From Sedimentisphaerales bacterium (lineage in GTDB: Bacteria; Planctomycetota; Phycisphaerae; Sedimentisphaerales; SM23-30), in the NCBI GenBank assembly GCA_963663805.2, contig CAXXMR010000008.1, positions 96,001 to 160,000 of the forward strand: a stretch of DNA of 64,000 bases, given 5' to 3'. The translations under genes and the position numbers were made by a program. Below the pieces are notes generated by a model that saw only the letters and a program-made list of their open reading frames with translations, was not told where the DNA came from and did not search any database. Positions 9,585 through 20,138 of the stretch are shown here, in pieces (within the stretch, counting starts at the first letter, position 1; every line of letters starts with the position of its first letter).

Positions 9585-11798
9585 TTAAATCAACTGTCCC
9601 TGGAAAGGTCCGCTGTTACGCACCATCACGGTGGTGGGCAGGCCTTCGACCATCTTGCTCAGATTTTCCGCGTATTCAGCTTCCCTGCCCCTTTCAGGCG
9701 CCATCAACCCGATGAAAACCAAATCCGCGTCGCTGCTCGTTTGGTGCATAATCTCCACCACGGATTTATCTTCCGGTTTAACAATGACATCCCGGTTGGT
9801 CTTTATGCGTACCGATTGGGTAAGCTGAGTGAGACTGTTGAGCATGTCGCGCTGGCTGTTTTCGCTCAGCACGATAGATCGCAGGTTAATCTCGGCATCC
9901 CGCCATACCGGATTCAGTCGCAGCAGATGGGCCAGCAGCAGCATTAAATCACCGTTGTTCTGTTTGCCACGCCACCAGACGTCGATTCGCTTAAACCGCG
10001 AAGGCCCCGTCGCCGGTGCCGGTCGAATCATCAGCACTGCTTTTTCCATGACATGCAGGGTACGCACTACCGCCAACTGCGATTCCAAGGCCTCACGTCG
10101 CTGGGGCCAACCGAACACAATCGTATTTGAACGCAACTGTCCCAGCCCGTTGGCCTGTACAATATCAATCAAACCCGCCCCGTAATCCTCCACTACATCA
10201 ACCTCACCAAATGCCAATAGTCTTTCTCGCTCAAAAAACTCTGTCATCGCCAGTTTTCGTTCTGCCACATGCTCCAGACTCTCTTCCATTCTGCCGCAAA
10301 GCATATCACAGACCGTTAGCAGGCCCCGGTTCTGATTAAACTGGGCCGATAATCTTAATAAAGCCGCTCGTTCCTCAACCCGGTCTGCGAATAATAAAAT
10401 GTGAGGCCGCCAACTGCGTGCGTCTTTTTTCTGACTGGATAATTTCTCAATCGAAAACCGTGCCAGCGAACCCCAGATACCCGCCCAGACATCGCCCCAG
10501 CTTGCCTGCAAAGTCCGACTCCGCAGATAAAACCATATTCCCAGCTCCAGCAGCAAGGCCACCGCACAAGCCAGCGGACTTATCAAAAATATCACTACCA
10601 GACTTACGCAAGCTCCCAGCAGCGAAAAAAACCAGTGTACCCGCAACGTAGGACGATAAGAAGGGTCACCCACCAGCGACTCTGCCGCCGCAACTAAATT
10701 AATACTGACATAAAGCGTTAGAAAAAATATCGTAACCAGTTTCGCCACCGCATTAAGTTCGCCCAGCATAACCGCCGAAAGCGCAATTGCCCCTGCTGCC
10801 CACGTTGCTATTACCGGCTGGCCGGATTTCGATGTATAGGCCAGCACTCGCGGCATCAAGCCGTCACGGGCCAGCGCCTGCAAAACCCGCGGCCCCGCCA
10901 ACGCACTGCCAAACGCCGATGATAATATTGCCGCCCACATCCCCGGCGCAATCAGCACCATGCCAAACAAAGCGATTTTGGGCCAGACCGGATTTTCTAT
11001 ATTAGACAATTCTTCTGTCGTAACCTTGCCCGTTATCCCCAGCAAAACCATAACCAGCAAATAGGTCAATAATCCCGCAGTCAAGGCCAACAGTGTCCCG
11101 CGCGGAATAGATTTCTGCGGGTCTTTCAAATCACCGCTCAAACCAATTCCCGCTGTAAAACCAGTGACCGCCGGAAAGAAAACCGAAAGCACTACCCAGA
11201 AACCGCCTTGTCCAGAAAGCCGCTCGGTGGGAATTGTTAGATTGGGTGTTGTCAGCGGTCCCGAAAAAACTCCCCAGGCCAACGCTATCAATGACAAAGC
11301 CACCGCCGCCATTAAAGGAATCTGTAGTTTCAATGCGATGTTAGCGCTTTTGCCCGCGATGCCGGTCGTCACCACCACCAGGATCGCTGCTACCCATTGC
11401 AAGGGAAGCTCACCCCATTCCATCGGCCAGATCGATGCCAGCGCCTCAGCCAAGCCATAACAATATAATGTTACGCTAAGGGTCCGACATAAAAAAAGAG
11501 GTATACCGATTGCCCCGCCGATTGTTAATCCTAAGCTGCGGGAGATAAGATAATATTCACCACCTGCCCCCATGGCCATATTGGTCGCCACTGCCGAAGC
11601 ACTCAGCGCCGTGAAAAATGCCGTCGCGCCGCAGATACAAACGATAAGCAACGCCCCCAATAAACCTGCGTTAGCTACCACCCAGCCAAAACGCAGGTAC
11701 ATGATTACGCCTAAGATGGTCAATACGCTTGGGGTGAAAACCCCCATAAACGTGCCAAATTTCGGATGTGTCTGACTCTGTACTGAGGATGCTGTCAT
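9585..11798 (-). CDS. Amino-acid permease / SLC12 cation-chloride cotransporter-like protein
   Basis: FGTFMGVFTPSVLTILGVIMYLRFGWVV, FFPAVTGFTAG and SGDLKDPQKSIPRGT motifs, plus a WRPHILL C-terminal cytoplasmic domain. Confidence 0.9.
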   Translation of the reverse strand: MTASSVQSQTHPKFGTFMGVFTPSVLTILGVIMYLRFGWVVANAGLLGALLIVCICGATAFFTALSASAVATNMAMGAGGEYYLISRSLGLTIGGAIGIPLFLCRTLSVTLYCYGLAEALASIWPMEWGELPLQWVAAILVVVTTGIAGKSANIALKLQIPLMAAVALSLIALAWGVFSGPLTTPNLTIPTERLSGQGGFWVVLSVFFPAVTGFTAGIGLSGDLKDPQKSIPRGTLLALTAGLLTYLLVMVLLGITGKVTTEELSNIENPVWPKIALFGMVLIAPGMWAAILSSAFGSALAGPRVLQALARDGLMPRVLAYTSKSGQPVIATWAAGAIALSAVMLGELNAVAKLVTIFFLTLYVSINLVAAAESLVGDPSYRPTLRVHWFFSLLGACVSLVVIFLISPLACAVALLLELGIWFYLRSRTLQASWGDVWAGIWGSLARFSIEKLSSQKKDARSWRPHILLFADRVEERAALLRLSAQFNQNRGLLTVCDMLCGRMEESLEHVAERKLAMTEFFERERLLAFGEVDVVEDYGAGLIDIVQANGLGQLRSNTIVFGWPQRREALESQLAVVRTLHVMEKAVLMIRPAPATGPSRFKRIDVWWRGKQNNGDLMLLLAHLLRLNPVWRDAEINLRSIVLSENSQRDMLNSLTQLTQSVRIKTNRDVIVKPEDKSVVEIMHQTSSDADLVFIGLMAPERGREAEYAENLSKMVEGLPTTVMVRNSGPFQGQLI

Positions 11799-11971
11799 AA
11801 ATTGTGCCGTCGCGGAGAAGAATGTCCGCAAATTGGTGTTTAGTATAAGTTTATTTTTTGTAACGGTTTAGGTTTTGTACTCAGCCCACTTGCCGCCCAG
11901 ATTCTACTGTTGACTCCTGGGCTTGCAATAACAATATATTAAACTTATCTAACCACCCCGCCGGGCAACTG

Positions 11972-14725
11972 TCAAACTCTTTTCGCCGTTGCGGTTTTTT
12001 CGACAAACCGTGCCCCCGGAGCGTATTTATTGATTACTTCGTCGAGCATGTCTCGGTCCACTGGTTTGGTCAAATAGTCGTCGCAGCCGGCATCCAGACA
12101 TTTTTCCCGGTCCCCTCCCATGGCATGTGCGGTCAACGCGATAATCGGGCCGCTGTAGCCGTGACGACGAAGTTTCGCCGTCGCTTCATAGCCGTTAAGA
12201 TTCGGCATTTGCATATCCATAAAGATTATATCATATTTACCGTTCTCTGCCGCCTTGACAGCTTCCAGCCCATCCGGCACTAGTTCAACCTGTAAACCCA
12301 TTTGTCTCAGTAGCAGCTCGATAAGACGTTGGTTGGAAATATTGTCTTCCGCTACTAGGATTTCGCCGCTGTATTTATGGGCTCTAGGTTTTTCAGTTTG
12401 CTGTTCCTGTGGTGCCAGCGTACCATCGCTTTCCTGAGTGTCCAGATTAAGTACCGGCTGTCCAGCCACCTTAACGCCGGCCTCAACCCAAAACGAGAAT
12501 ACCGAACCCTTGCCCGGTTCACTGCTGAGATGTACTCCGCCGCCCATGATTTCCGTCAGGCGACGCGTGATGGCCAGCCCCAAACCGGTGCCGCCGAATT
12601 TTCGTGACGTGCTGCCGTCCGCCTGTGAGAATGAGTCAAAAATTATCTGCTGTTTGTCTTCCGGAATACCGATGCCTGTGTCAGCAATATCAAACCGAAT
12701 ATAATCCTTATGGCCTTTCGTGAAACTACCGATGCTGACATGAACATGCCCTTTTTCCGTAAACTTGATAGCGTTGCTGATAAGGTTCACCAGACACTGA
12801 CGAATACGAACCGGGTCGCTGCAAATCCTTTCCGGCAGTTGCCCCTGGGGCAGAACAGCGAAATCCAGATTTTTGCTCTCGGCCTGAGGACTGAGCAAAT
12901 CGGTGACACTTTGTATTAGTTCGCCCATCGAAAAATCAACCGTTTCGGTTTCCAATCGACCCGCTTCGATTTTTGAGAAGTCCAGTATGTCATTGATAAT
13001 CGTTAGCAGATTACGGGACGCGTCGTTTATCATCTTGACATATCGGTTCTGGTCATCGTTGAGGGGCTCATGTTTAAGAACATCACCAAAACCGATAATT
13101 GCGTTCATCGGGGTGCGGATTTCATGGCTCATATTCGCTAAAAACTCACTCTTAGCGATATTAGCTGCCTCCGCACCTTCTTTGGCCCTGGTAAGCTCTG
13201 CGGTTCGCTGGGTTACTTCTTCTTCCAGATGGTCACGGTGCTGACGCAGCTCTGCCTCGGCAGCTAAACGCTCGGTAATGTCACGGGCGATGCAGAACAG
13301 AACATTGTGGCCATCCCATTTGCCCTGATTGACACGAATATCAACCGGTATTTCCTTGCCCGAACGAGTACACAAGGATTTGTTACTGTGTGACAGTGTG
13401 CCTTGAAGCATCTGCTTGAAGGTTTCTCGGCCTTCATCACGCATCGACTCGGCAATAAGCTGGGCTACTTCCATGCCCAGGAGTTCGTTTTCCTGATATT
13501 CCAACCCTTCACGCAAGGCGGGGTTGGAATACAAAATCCGGCCTTGAACGTCAACAATAAACAGGAAATCGTCCAGAGTGTCAAACATGGTTTGCAGGTT
13601 TTTACGACTTTCCAGTATCGTTCTTTCGGCCTGACGACGCGATGTTATATCTCGTACTACTCCCTGAACCAAGCGGCTGCCCTTTAGTTCCACCCTCGAA
13701 AACGTTACCTCCGCCGGAAACAAATTGCCGTTTCGACGCATGTGAAGCCATTCAAAATGATACGTTCCTTTTTCCAAAGCCAGGTTGATATATTCCTGAC
13801 CTAATTCGCTGGAACGGCGACCATTTAGCTGGGTCGGTGGTGAAAATTCAACCACACTATGAAACAAAAGCGACTTGCGGTCCGAGCAGCCGTACATCTC
13901 CACGGCGCTTTCGTTGCAGTCAATTATATTGCCGTCTTTTATCAATATAACCGCGTCACTGGAAGAATCATAAAGTGTACGGTATTTTTCCTCATTGTCT
14001 TTGATGGCAGCTTCATGTTCCGATATCTGGTCCAGCATCAGATTAAACGAATCCACCAGTTCGCCCACCTCGTCATTACTGACTCGATCACTGCGAACCG
14101 AATAATCATGATTCTGAGATATGTGTCGGGCGGTTTTTGATAATTCAACTATCGGGTCCGATATGAATTTCTGCAGAGCCGAGGCCACCGCCAGTGAAAT
14201 CGCCAAAGTCACCAGACTTAACAGAGAAAATACTACGATATTACGCTTAATCATGTTGTTCATCTGATTCAGGTCGGCACGAATATAGACCGTCCCTATC
14301 TCACGAGTTTCTTCCGCGATTGTCGAGAATACTTCGATATAATCACTCAATATCTCATAACCCTCAGGACCGCGTTCTGGTGCGCTTATGGGTGTTTTTA
14401 TGTCGGGCCGCTGATAACGGGCAAATACCTTGCCTTCCTTGTCATATAAACAGGCAAACATTATCGAAGGCTCAGCGTATAGTGAACCCAGCATGTCCTT
14501 AGCGTCGCTGGTATCCGCGAAAGTAAGGGCCGCACGACAATTGTCACCTATCATCCGGGCGTTCGACTGGAGAGTTCGCACTATGTTCTCTCGCCAGACA
14601 AAACGTTCATGTATGATGTAGGCATTGCCCGCCAAAATCATCGAAACCACCGTGACAATCATGATTATCACAATGATTTTGTGTTTGATGGTCATGTCTC
14701 TTAGCTTGTACTTTAGGCCCGACAC
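11972..14725 (-). CDS. Hybrid sensor histidine kinase (periplasmic CHASE8-like sensor, HAMP, 2 PAS, HisKA, HATPase, REC)
   Basis: KSEFLANMSHEIRTPMNAI H-box, GGTGLGLAI G-box and C-terminal REC (DIIFMDMQMP). Two TM helices flank an AALTFAD...A...L sensor domain. Confidence 0.9.
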   Translation of the reverse strand: MSGLKYKLRDMTIKHKIIVIIMIVTVVSMILAGNAYIIHERFVWRENIVRTLQSNARMIGDNCRAALTFADTSDAKDMLGSLYAEPSIMFACLYDKEGKVFARYQRPDIKTPISAPERGPEGYEILSDYIEVFSTIAEETREIGTVYIRADLNQMNNMIKRNIVVFSLLSLVTLAISLAVASALQKFISDPIVELSKTARHISQNHDYSVRSDRVSNDEVGELVDSFNLMLDQISEHEAAIKDNEEKYRTLYDSSSDAVILIKDGNIIDCNESAVEMYGCSDRKSLLFHSVVEFSPPTQLNGRRSSELGQEYINLALEKGTYHFEWLHMRRNGNLFPAEVTFSRVELKGSRLVQGVVRDITSRRQAERTILESRKNLQTMFDTLDDFLFIVDVQGRILYSNPALREGLEYQENELLGMEVAQLIAESMRDEGRETFKQMLQGTLSHSNKSLCTRSGKEIPVDIRVNQGKWDGHNVLFCIARDITERLAAEAELRQHRDHLEEEVTQRTAELTRAKEGAEAANIAKSEFLANMSHEIRTPMNAIIGFGDVLKHEPLNDDQNRYVKMINDASRNLLTIINDILDFSKIEAGRLETETVDFSMGELIQSVTDLLSPQAESKNLDFAVLPQGQLPERICSDPVRIRQCLVNLISNAIKFTEKGHVHVSIGSFTKGHKDYIRFDIADTGIGIPEDKQQIIFDSFSQADGSTSRKFGGTGLGLAITRRLTEIMGGGVHLSSEPGKGSVFSFWVEAGVKVAGQPVLNLDTQESDGTLAPQEQQTEKPRAHKYSGEILVAEDNISNQRLIELLLRQMGLQVELVPDGLEAVKAAENGKYDIIFMDMQMPNLNGYEATAKLRRHGYSGPIIALTAHAMGGDREKCLDAGCDDYLTKPVDRDMLDEVINKYAPGARFVEKTATAKRV

Positions 14726-14746
14726 TGCGTAAATGAATCCTTCCGT

Positions 14747-15388
14747 TTAATTCTGTTTCTGCTCTTTTTGTTTATAATATACTTTCCGCGCCAGCCTCAG
14801 CAGCTTGGCCCGAATCTCGATTTTTGCCTCTTCTGCCGCATCCAGATTGATGTCGAAGCGAACTTTCTTGTCTTCTATCAGGAAATTGATTATCCCGCCT
14901 TCACGCATGAATGAAGCATCTTCGCCAATGCTTAAAATACTCTTACCCTTTATCTGGCCCAGAATCTCCTTTTGCTGACCTGCGTACTCCATGCTGATAT
15001 ATACCACCGAGCAGTTTTGTGTTCTCTTGCTGTCTTTAAGGTCCAAACTCTTAAGCTCTATCACCTCGATGGGCAGATTGTTCGCGGTTTTGCCCGAAAA
15101 TACCTGACTCGATACCTGGCCAGCCAGCTTGCCGTAAACGCCCACCACATATTTCTTCTGGTCCTGCTCTTCAGGATAGCTCACAAACTTCAGAAAATTA
15201 TATATGAACGCAGCTTTGACCTCATATTCACGCTTTAGTAATTCTTCATTATTAAAATGAGATATCGCCTGACCCCAGGTGAAAAATACCGGCAGCAAAA
15301 ACAGCAGCAATATCGCCCCGCCCAGATTGCGAAATCTCCGTGATAACCCGCCTGATTCAGTGATAATATTATCTACAGTCTTAAACAT
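14747..15388 (-). CDS. YfiR (DUF4154) family periplasmic protein
   Basis: EYEVKAAFIYNFLKFVSYP and GGIINF...KVRFDINLDAA...LLRLA signature motifs. Confidence 0.9.
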   Translation of the reverse strand: MFKTVDNIITESGGLSRRFRNLGGAILLLFLLPVFFTWGQAISHFNNEELLKREYEVKAAFIYNFLKFVSYPEEQDQKKYVVGVYGKLAGQVSSQVFSGKTANNLPIEVIELKSLDLKDSKRTQNCSVVYISMEYAGQQKEILGQIKGKSILSIGEDASFMREGGIINFLIEDKKVRFDINLDAAEEAKIEIRAKLLRLARKVYYKQKEQKQN

Positions 15389-15412
15389 CTGTTTCTATAA
15401 TTATCGGGGCAC

Positions 15413-17374
15413 TTAAAACTTTATCGTTATTCGGGCGTAATAACTCCGGGGTATCTCTATTTGATTTCCGGTCACGCTTGAAAATTCCATGTGACCGGAA
15501 TCAAGCAGATTCTGGCCTACCACACTCAACTCCACGTTCTCCCGTATCTGCCACGCCAGACGAACGTCAAGACGCATATGGGAATCTGCCCCGCCTTCCG
15601 TAAGCGTGTCATAATAGTAAGCACTTGTGTCAAACTGCCAGTTCCCCGGCAAATTCATAATCGAACGAATATTAGCCATGTTGCGCGGCGACATGGTGCG
15701 GAATACTATTGGGCCTGTCTCATCTCTGGTACGCCCCCGAATAAAGCTGTATGAAGGCTTCAGGGTCCACCAGTCGGTCACCTTATAATTAATCGCCGCC
15801 TCAAAACCGTAAGTCTCATCCCACATAGTATTGCCGTAAGTAAATATGATGGGATAACCGCCGCTGAAATCTATCGACTCTACATCACGCAAATCGTCAT
15901 ACACATTATAAAACGTCGCTATGTCTATCGATAGGCGTTCTTCGGGAATAAACCGGTAGCCCGCCTCATAAGCAACCAGCTTTTCCGATTCCATATCAGG
16001 ATTGCCGTGAATCTCGAATAGGGGGCTGTTTATGTGTAAACCCTGGTCACTACGCACCGGCGTACGCACCGCACGAGTTATCGAACCCCAAAACGTATGA
16101 GCCTTGTCAGGTGTCCACATCAACCGCCCGCCCGGCTGATACTCAAAACCACTGAAAGTGTTATGCTCAAACTTCGAGCCCAGAATCAAATGCAGCTTAT
16201 CCTTAACCAGGGTTATGTCATCATTGATAAAGCCGCTTACCAGATGACTGTCCATTTTGGTATGAACCATTGACCAGATCGGGCCGTTCTTTATGTCGTC
16301 CTTACTCAGGCGATAGCCCAGACCCCAGATAATATTATGATTCTCATTGAGCCGTACTGAGTGCTGAAAATCAAAATCAAAGGTGTCGCGATATTCCCAG
16401 AATTCACCTTTCTGGTCATGATTGAGATTGTCATAATACATCTGAAAACTCATCTCCGAATCTTCAGATATCGTATGGGTCCACCGCCCCAGCAAATTTC
16501 CCGAATGAATATCCAGGCCGCCCGGAGTCTTCACCGTATTATCTATCCCCAGGGTTGCCGCACTGATGTTTTCTTCAGAAATATCTGAGCGGAATATATC
16601 ACCCTGAAATGTAAATGAATCTTCTTCATTTGTTTCCCAGTCTATCCGAAAACCGCTCTGCATATATCGCCATTCATTTACATGGGTATCTTCTATGAGA
16701 TTTTTATAGTTGTCATGATTCAGATATTGACTGTAGACCCGGAACCACGCATTCTCGCCCAGCTTGCCGCCGTAACGCAAAGTACCCATCCCTTGTTCGA
16801 CATTACCGCCCGCCGCGTCGAACATACCGCCTTGGGTGTCCTTCGCGATCTTGGTCACAATGTTGATAATACCGTTGACCGCGTTACTGCCCCAAAGCGT
16901 CCCGCCCGGCCCTCGCACAATCTCGATACGCTCCACATCTTCCAGAACAACATGTTGAATATTCCAGTAAACACCGGAGAATAAAGGGGAATAGACGGTG
17001 CGTCCGTCAATCATCACCAGCAGCTTGTCAGAAAACTGACCGTTAAAACCACGCGAACCGATTGACCAGGTATAGGTGTTGATCTGCCCCACATAAATAC
17101 CCGGAACCATTCGCAATGCCTCTGGTATACTTGTGGCCCCGCTCCGCCTTATATCCTCAGTGGCCAATACATAAACCGCTGCCGGAGTGTCGCGCAGCTT
17201 CGTCTCCTGCTTCGAAACCAGCGAAATCTCAACCTCCATCAAATCTTCAATGGACAGTTCTAAAAGTTCCGTCGGATCATTGAGGGCTAGGTTGGGCTCT
17301 TCGCCGTATGCCGCCGCTGTCGCTGTCAGTACCACCAGCAGTATGGACAGCCAATTGTATGCTGAATTTGCCAT
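15413..17374 (-). CDS. TonB-dependent receptor
   Basis: Plug motifs (EDIRRSGATSIPEALRMVPG, ERIEIVRGPGGTLWGSNAVNGIINIVTK) and C-terminal NLLD...RSYYARITIKF. Confidence 0.92.
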   Translation of the reverse strand: MANSAYNWLSILLVVLTATAAAYGEEPNLALNDPTELLELSIEDLMEVEISLVSKQETKLRDTPAAVYVLATEDIRRSGATSIPEALRMVPGIYVGQINTYTWSIGSRGFNGQFSDKLLVMIDGRTVYSPLFSGVYWNIQHVVLEDVERIEIVRGPGGTLWGSNAVNGIINIVTKIAKDTQGGMFDAAGGNVEQGMGTLRYGGKLGENAWFRVYSQYLNHDNYKNLIEDTHVNEWRYMQSGFRIDWETNEEDSFTFQGDIFRSDISEENISAATLGIDNTVKTPGGLDIHSGNLLGRWTHTISEDSEMSFQMYYDNLNHDQKGEFWEYRDTFDFDFQHSVRLNENHNIIWGLGYRLSKDDIKNGPIWSMVHTKMDSHLVSGFINDDITLVKDKLHLILGSKFEHNTFSGFEYQPGGRLMWTPDKAHTFWGSITRAVRTPVRSDQGLHINSPLFEIHGNPDMESEKLVAYEAGYRFIPEERLSIDIATFYNVYDDLRDVESIDFSGGYPIIFTYGNTMWDETYGFEAAINYKVTDWWTLKPSYSFIRGRTRDETGPIVFRTMSPRNMANIRSIMNLPGNWQFDTSAYYYDTLTEGGADSHMRLDVRLAWQIRENVELSVVGQNLLDSGHMEFSSVTGNQIEIPRSYYARITIKF

Positions 17375-17728
17375 AGCATTCTCTCACTAAAGATATGAAA
17401 TCATATTTTTGGATTTCATGCTCAATATCTACATTCACAAATTTGACATCGACCTTATAAATCACCTACTTAATTGATATTATCGTACGAATGACCATTC
17501 AGCCCCGCCTCTGTGTCCGATAATCATTATGCGTGTCGGACAACCTGAAAAAAACAGTCTAAGCCCCCAAAAATAAACAAACATTTACATTTTTTCCCCT
17601 GCTGTGTCCCAATCCAAAATAAAACTTTATTGTCACGCGTCCAATAATGGTATGTCTCATAATTGCCCATGTAATCTTCAGCCGGATTCTGCGCTGGACA
17701 AAATCAGATCTCCGGTAACAATATAGAA

Positions 17729-20011
17729 ATGCAAAAGAGACAGCAAATAGAAATCGCCGGTCGAGTTCAGGGAGTTGGGTTTCGCCCCTTCATCTACAAT
17801 CTCGCCCTTCGTCTCGGTATTACCGGCACCGTTGCCAACACCACCCGTGGCGTAACCATCACCGCTCAAGCCTCGCCCTCGACTCTGGATAATTTCTGTC
17901 GGGCTATCCTCAACGAGCATCCACCCCTAGCCCTGCCCGAGATATTAGACCGCCGGGATTTGCCCGCAATTCAAGACGAAAAAAGTTTCCTCATTCAAAA
18001 TTCCCGGACCGACACCGGCCCTCGTGCCCTGGTCACCCCCGATGCCGCGACTTGTCCCGATTGTCTCGCCGAACTTACCGACCCCGCCGACCGTCGCTAT
18101 CGTTACCCCTTCATCAACTGCACCAACTGCGGTCCACGTTACACTATTATTTTTGATGTGCCTTACGACCGACCTAATACCACCATGCGCGACTTTACAA
18201 TGTGCCCCGCTTGCCAAAAAGAATACGACAACCCCGCCGATCGCCGCTTTCACGCCCAGCCCAACGCCTGCCCGGTTTGCGGACCCAGTGTGTATCTTAC
18301 CGACCCCGCTGGCAATACCATAATCACCCAAGACCCCATCCAAAAAACAATCGAACTGATCCAAAGTGGACATATCCTCGCTATTAAAGGGCTCGGCGGA
18401 TTCCATCTTGCCGTACGTGCCGACAGCGACCCCGCCGTTACCGAACTCCGCAGCCGCAAGTATCGCAAAGCTAAAGCCTTCGCCCTCATGGTCCGCGACC
18501 TCGACACCGCCCGAAAAATAGCGACAGTCAGCCCCGTCGCTGCTCAATCAATGACCGATATCAAGCGTCCCATAGTCCTTTGCCCCAAATCACCCGATGC
18601 ACCCATAAGTCCCGACGTCGCGCCCGCTTCAAGATTCTACGGACTGATGCTCCCCTATACCCCGCTCCATTCTCTTGTCATGCAAGGCGATTTCCCCGCT
18701 CTGGTTATGACCAGCGGTAATAATAGCGATGAGCCTATTGAATGCGAAAACGACGGTGCCCTCGATAAACTCAAAGACCTCGCCGATTATTTCCTCATGC
18801 ACAATCGGCCTATTCATACCAGTTGTGACGATTCCGTTATCAAGGTTTTTGAAGATAAACCCCAAATCATCCGCCGGGCCCGCGGTTTTGCACCTGTTCC
18901 CCAAAATATCACTTGCCAATGCGCCTGCGATATTCTTGCCGTCGGTGCCGAACTTAAAAGCACTATTACCGTCGTTAAACAGGGGCAGGCTTTTACTAGC
19001 CAGCACATTGGCGACCTCCGCAACGCCGCCACTTACGAGGCGTTCATTCGCACCATCGAAAAGTTAACCGCCCTGGTCGATGCCCACCCTCGTGCTATCG
19101 CCTGCGACCTCCATCCTGCTATGCTCAGCACTCGCTTCGCCGAAACCTACCGCGACATCCCCATCATCCGTGTCCAGCACCATCACGCCCACATCGCCGC
19201 CGTTATTGGTGAATATAATCTTACTTCTCCCGTCGTTGGCATTGTTACCGACGGGGTAGGTTTCGGCCCCGACCAAACCGTCTGGGGTTGTGAAGCAATG
19301 GCCGTCTGGCCTCACAAATACCAGCGCTTTGGCCACCTCGAACCCGTCGTTTTGCCCGGCGGGGATGCCGCCGCCCGCCAACCCTGGCGAATGGCACTCA
19401 GCTGTCTCCACAAAACTTTCGGTTCCGAAAAAGCCGCCACCCTCGCCCGCGAATTATTGCCCCAAATACCCACTGAACAAATCCAAAATGTTTGTCAGAT
19501 TATCGATGCCGACCTCAACTGCCCAGCCACCTCAAGTCTGGGCCGATTCTTCGATGCCGTCAGCGCTCTGCTCGGCGTCTGTGCCGAAAATACCTACGAA
19601 GCCCAGGCCGCCATCGAACTCGAAGATACCACCGACCTCAACGAAACCACCGCATACCCCCTCGAAATAATCGCCAACCACGTTATCGCTGTCACTCCCG
19701 TAATCTGCGCCCTCGTAAAGGATCTGCAAAACCGCACCGACCCCGCCATTATCTCCGCCCGCTTCCACAACTTTGTTGTCAACGCCCTTACCCATCTCGC
19801 TTTCGAGCTTGCCCGAACCCTCGACACCGACATTGTGGCACTCAGCGGCGGGGTATTCCAAAACGACTTGATTCTCAGCTCACTTGTCGATAGACTTAGG
19901 AAGAGCAACCTGAAACCTTACGTTAGTCGCCAATTGCCCGTAAACGACGGAGCCATCTCCTTTGGCCAGGCAATAGTCGCCGATGCGATTATGGCAAAAA
20001 ATCAAATATGA
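17729..20011 (+). CDS. hypF: Carbamoyltransferase HypF (NiFe hydrogenase maturation)
   Basis: Acylphosphatase GRVQGVGFRPF, zinc fingers FINCTNCGPRY and ACPVCGP, QHHHAH and PVNDGAISFGQA motifs. Confidence 0.97.
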   Translation: MQKRQQIEIAGRVQGVGFRPFIYNLALRLGITGTVANTTRGVTITAQASPSTLDNFCRAILNEHPPLALPEILDRRDLPAIQDEKSFLIQNSRTDTGPRALVTPDAATCPDCLAELTDPADRRYRYPFINCTNCGPRYTIIFDVPYDRPNTTMRDFTMCPACQKEYDNPADRRFHAQPNACPVCGPSVYLTDPAGNTIITQDPIQKTIELIQSGHILAIKGLGGFHLAVRADSDPAVTELRSRKYRKAKAFALMVRDLDTARKIATVSPVAAQSMTDIKRPIVLCPKSPDAPISPDVAPASRFYGLMLPYTPLHSLVMQGDFPALVMTSGNNSDEPIECENDGALDKLKDLADYFLMHNRPIHTSCDDSVIKVFEDKPQIIRRARGFAPVPQNITCQCACDILAVGAELKSTITVVKQGQAFTSQHIGDLRNAATYEAFIRTIEKLTALVDAHPRAIACDLHPAMLSTRFAETYRDIPIIRVQHHHAHIAAVIGEYNLTSPVVGIVTDGVGFGPDQTVWGCEAMAVWPHKYQRFGHLEPVVLPGGDAAARQPWRMALSCLHKTFGSEKAATLARELLPQIPTEQIQNVCQIIDADLNCPATSSLGRFFDAVSALLGVCAENTYEAQAAIELEDTTDLNETTAYPLEIIANHVIAVTPVICALVKDLQNRTDPAIISARFHNFVVNALTHLAFELARTLDTDIVALSGGVFQNDLILSSLVDRLRKSNLKPYVSRQLPVNDGAISFGQAIVADAIMAKNQI

Positions 20012-20060
20012 AAAACCAAACAAAAAAGCCCAAAGGGGCGAAAGAAATTATTTACTAATT

Positions 20061-20101
20061 GCCGTTAAAATCCGCGACAATCCGTGTAATCCGCGGTTAA
20101 A
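20061..20101 (+). repeat. Dispersed repeat: GCCGTT followed by ATCCGyG-type 9-10-mer tandem units ending in GCGGTTAAA
   Basis: Near-identical copies at 24221-24262 (+) and 31991-32031 (-). Confidence 0.85.
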
Positions 20102-20138
20102 TCATCATTTCTGTCATCCTTTATTAGGTTAAATTGTA

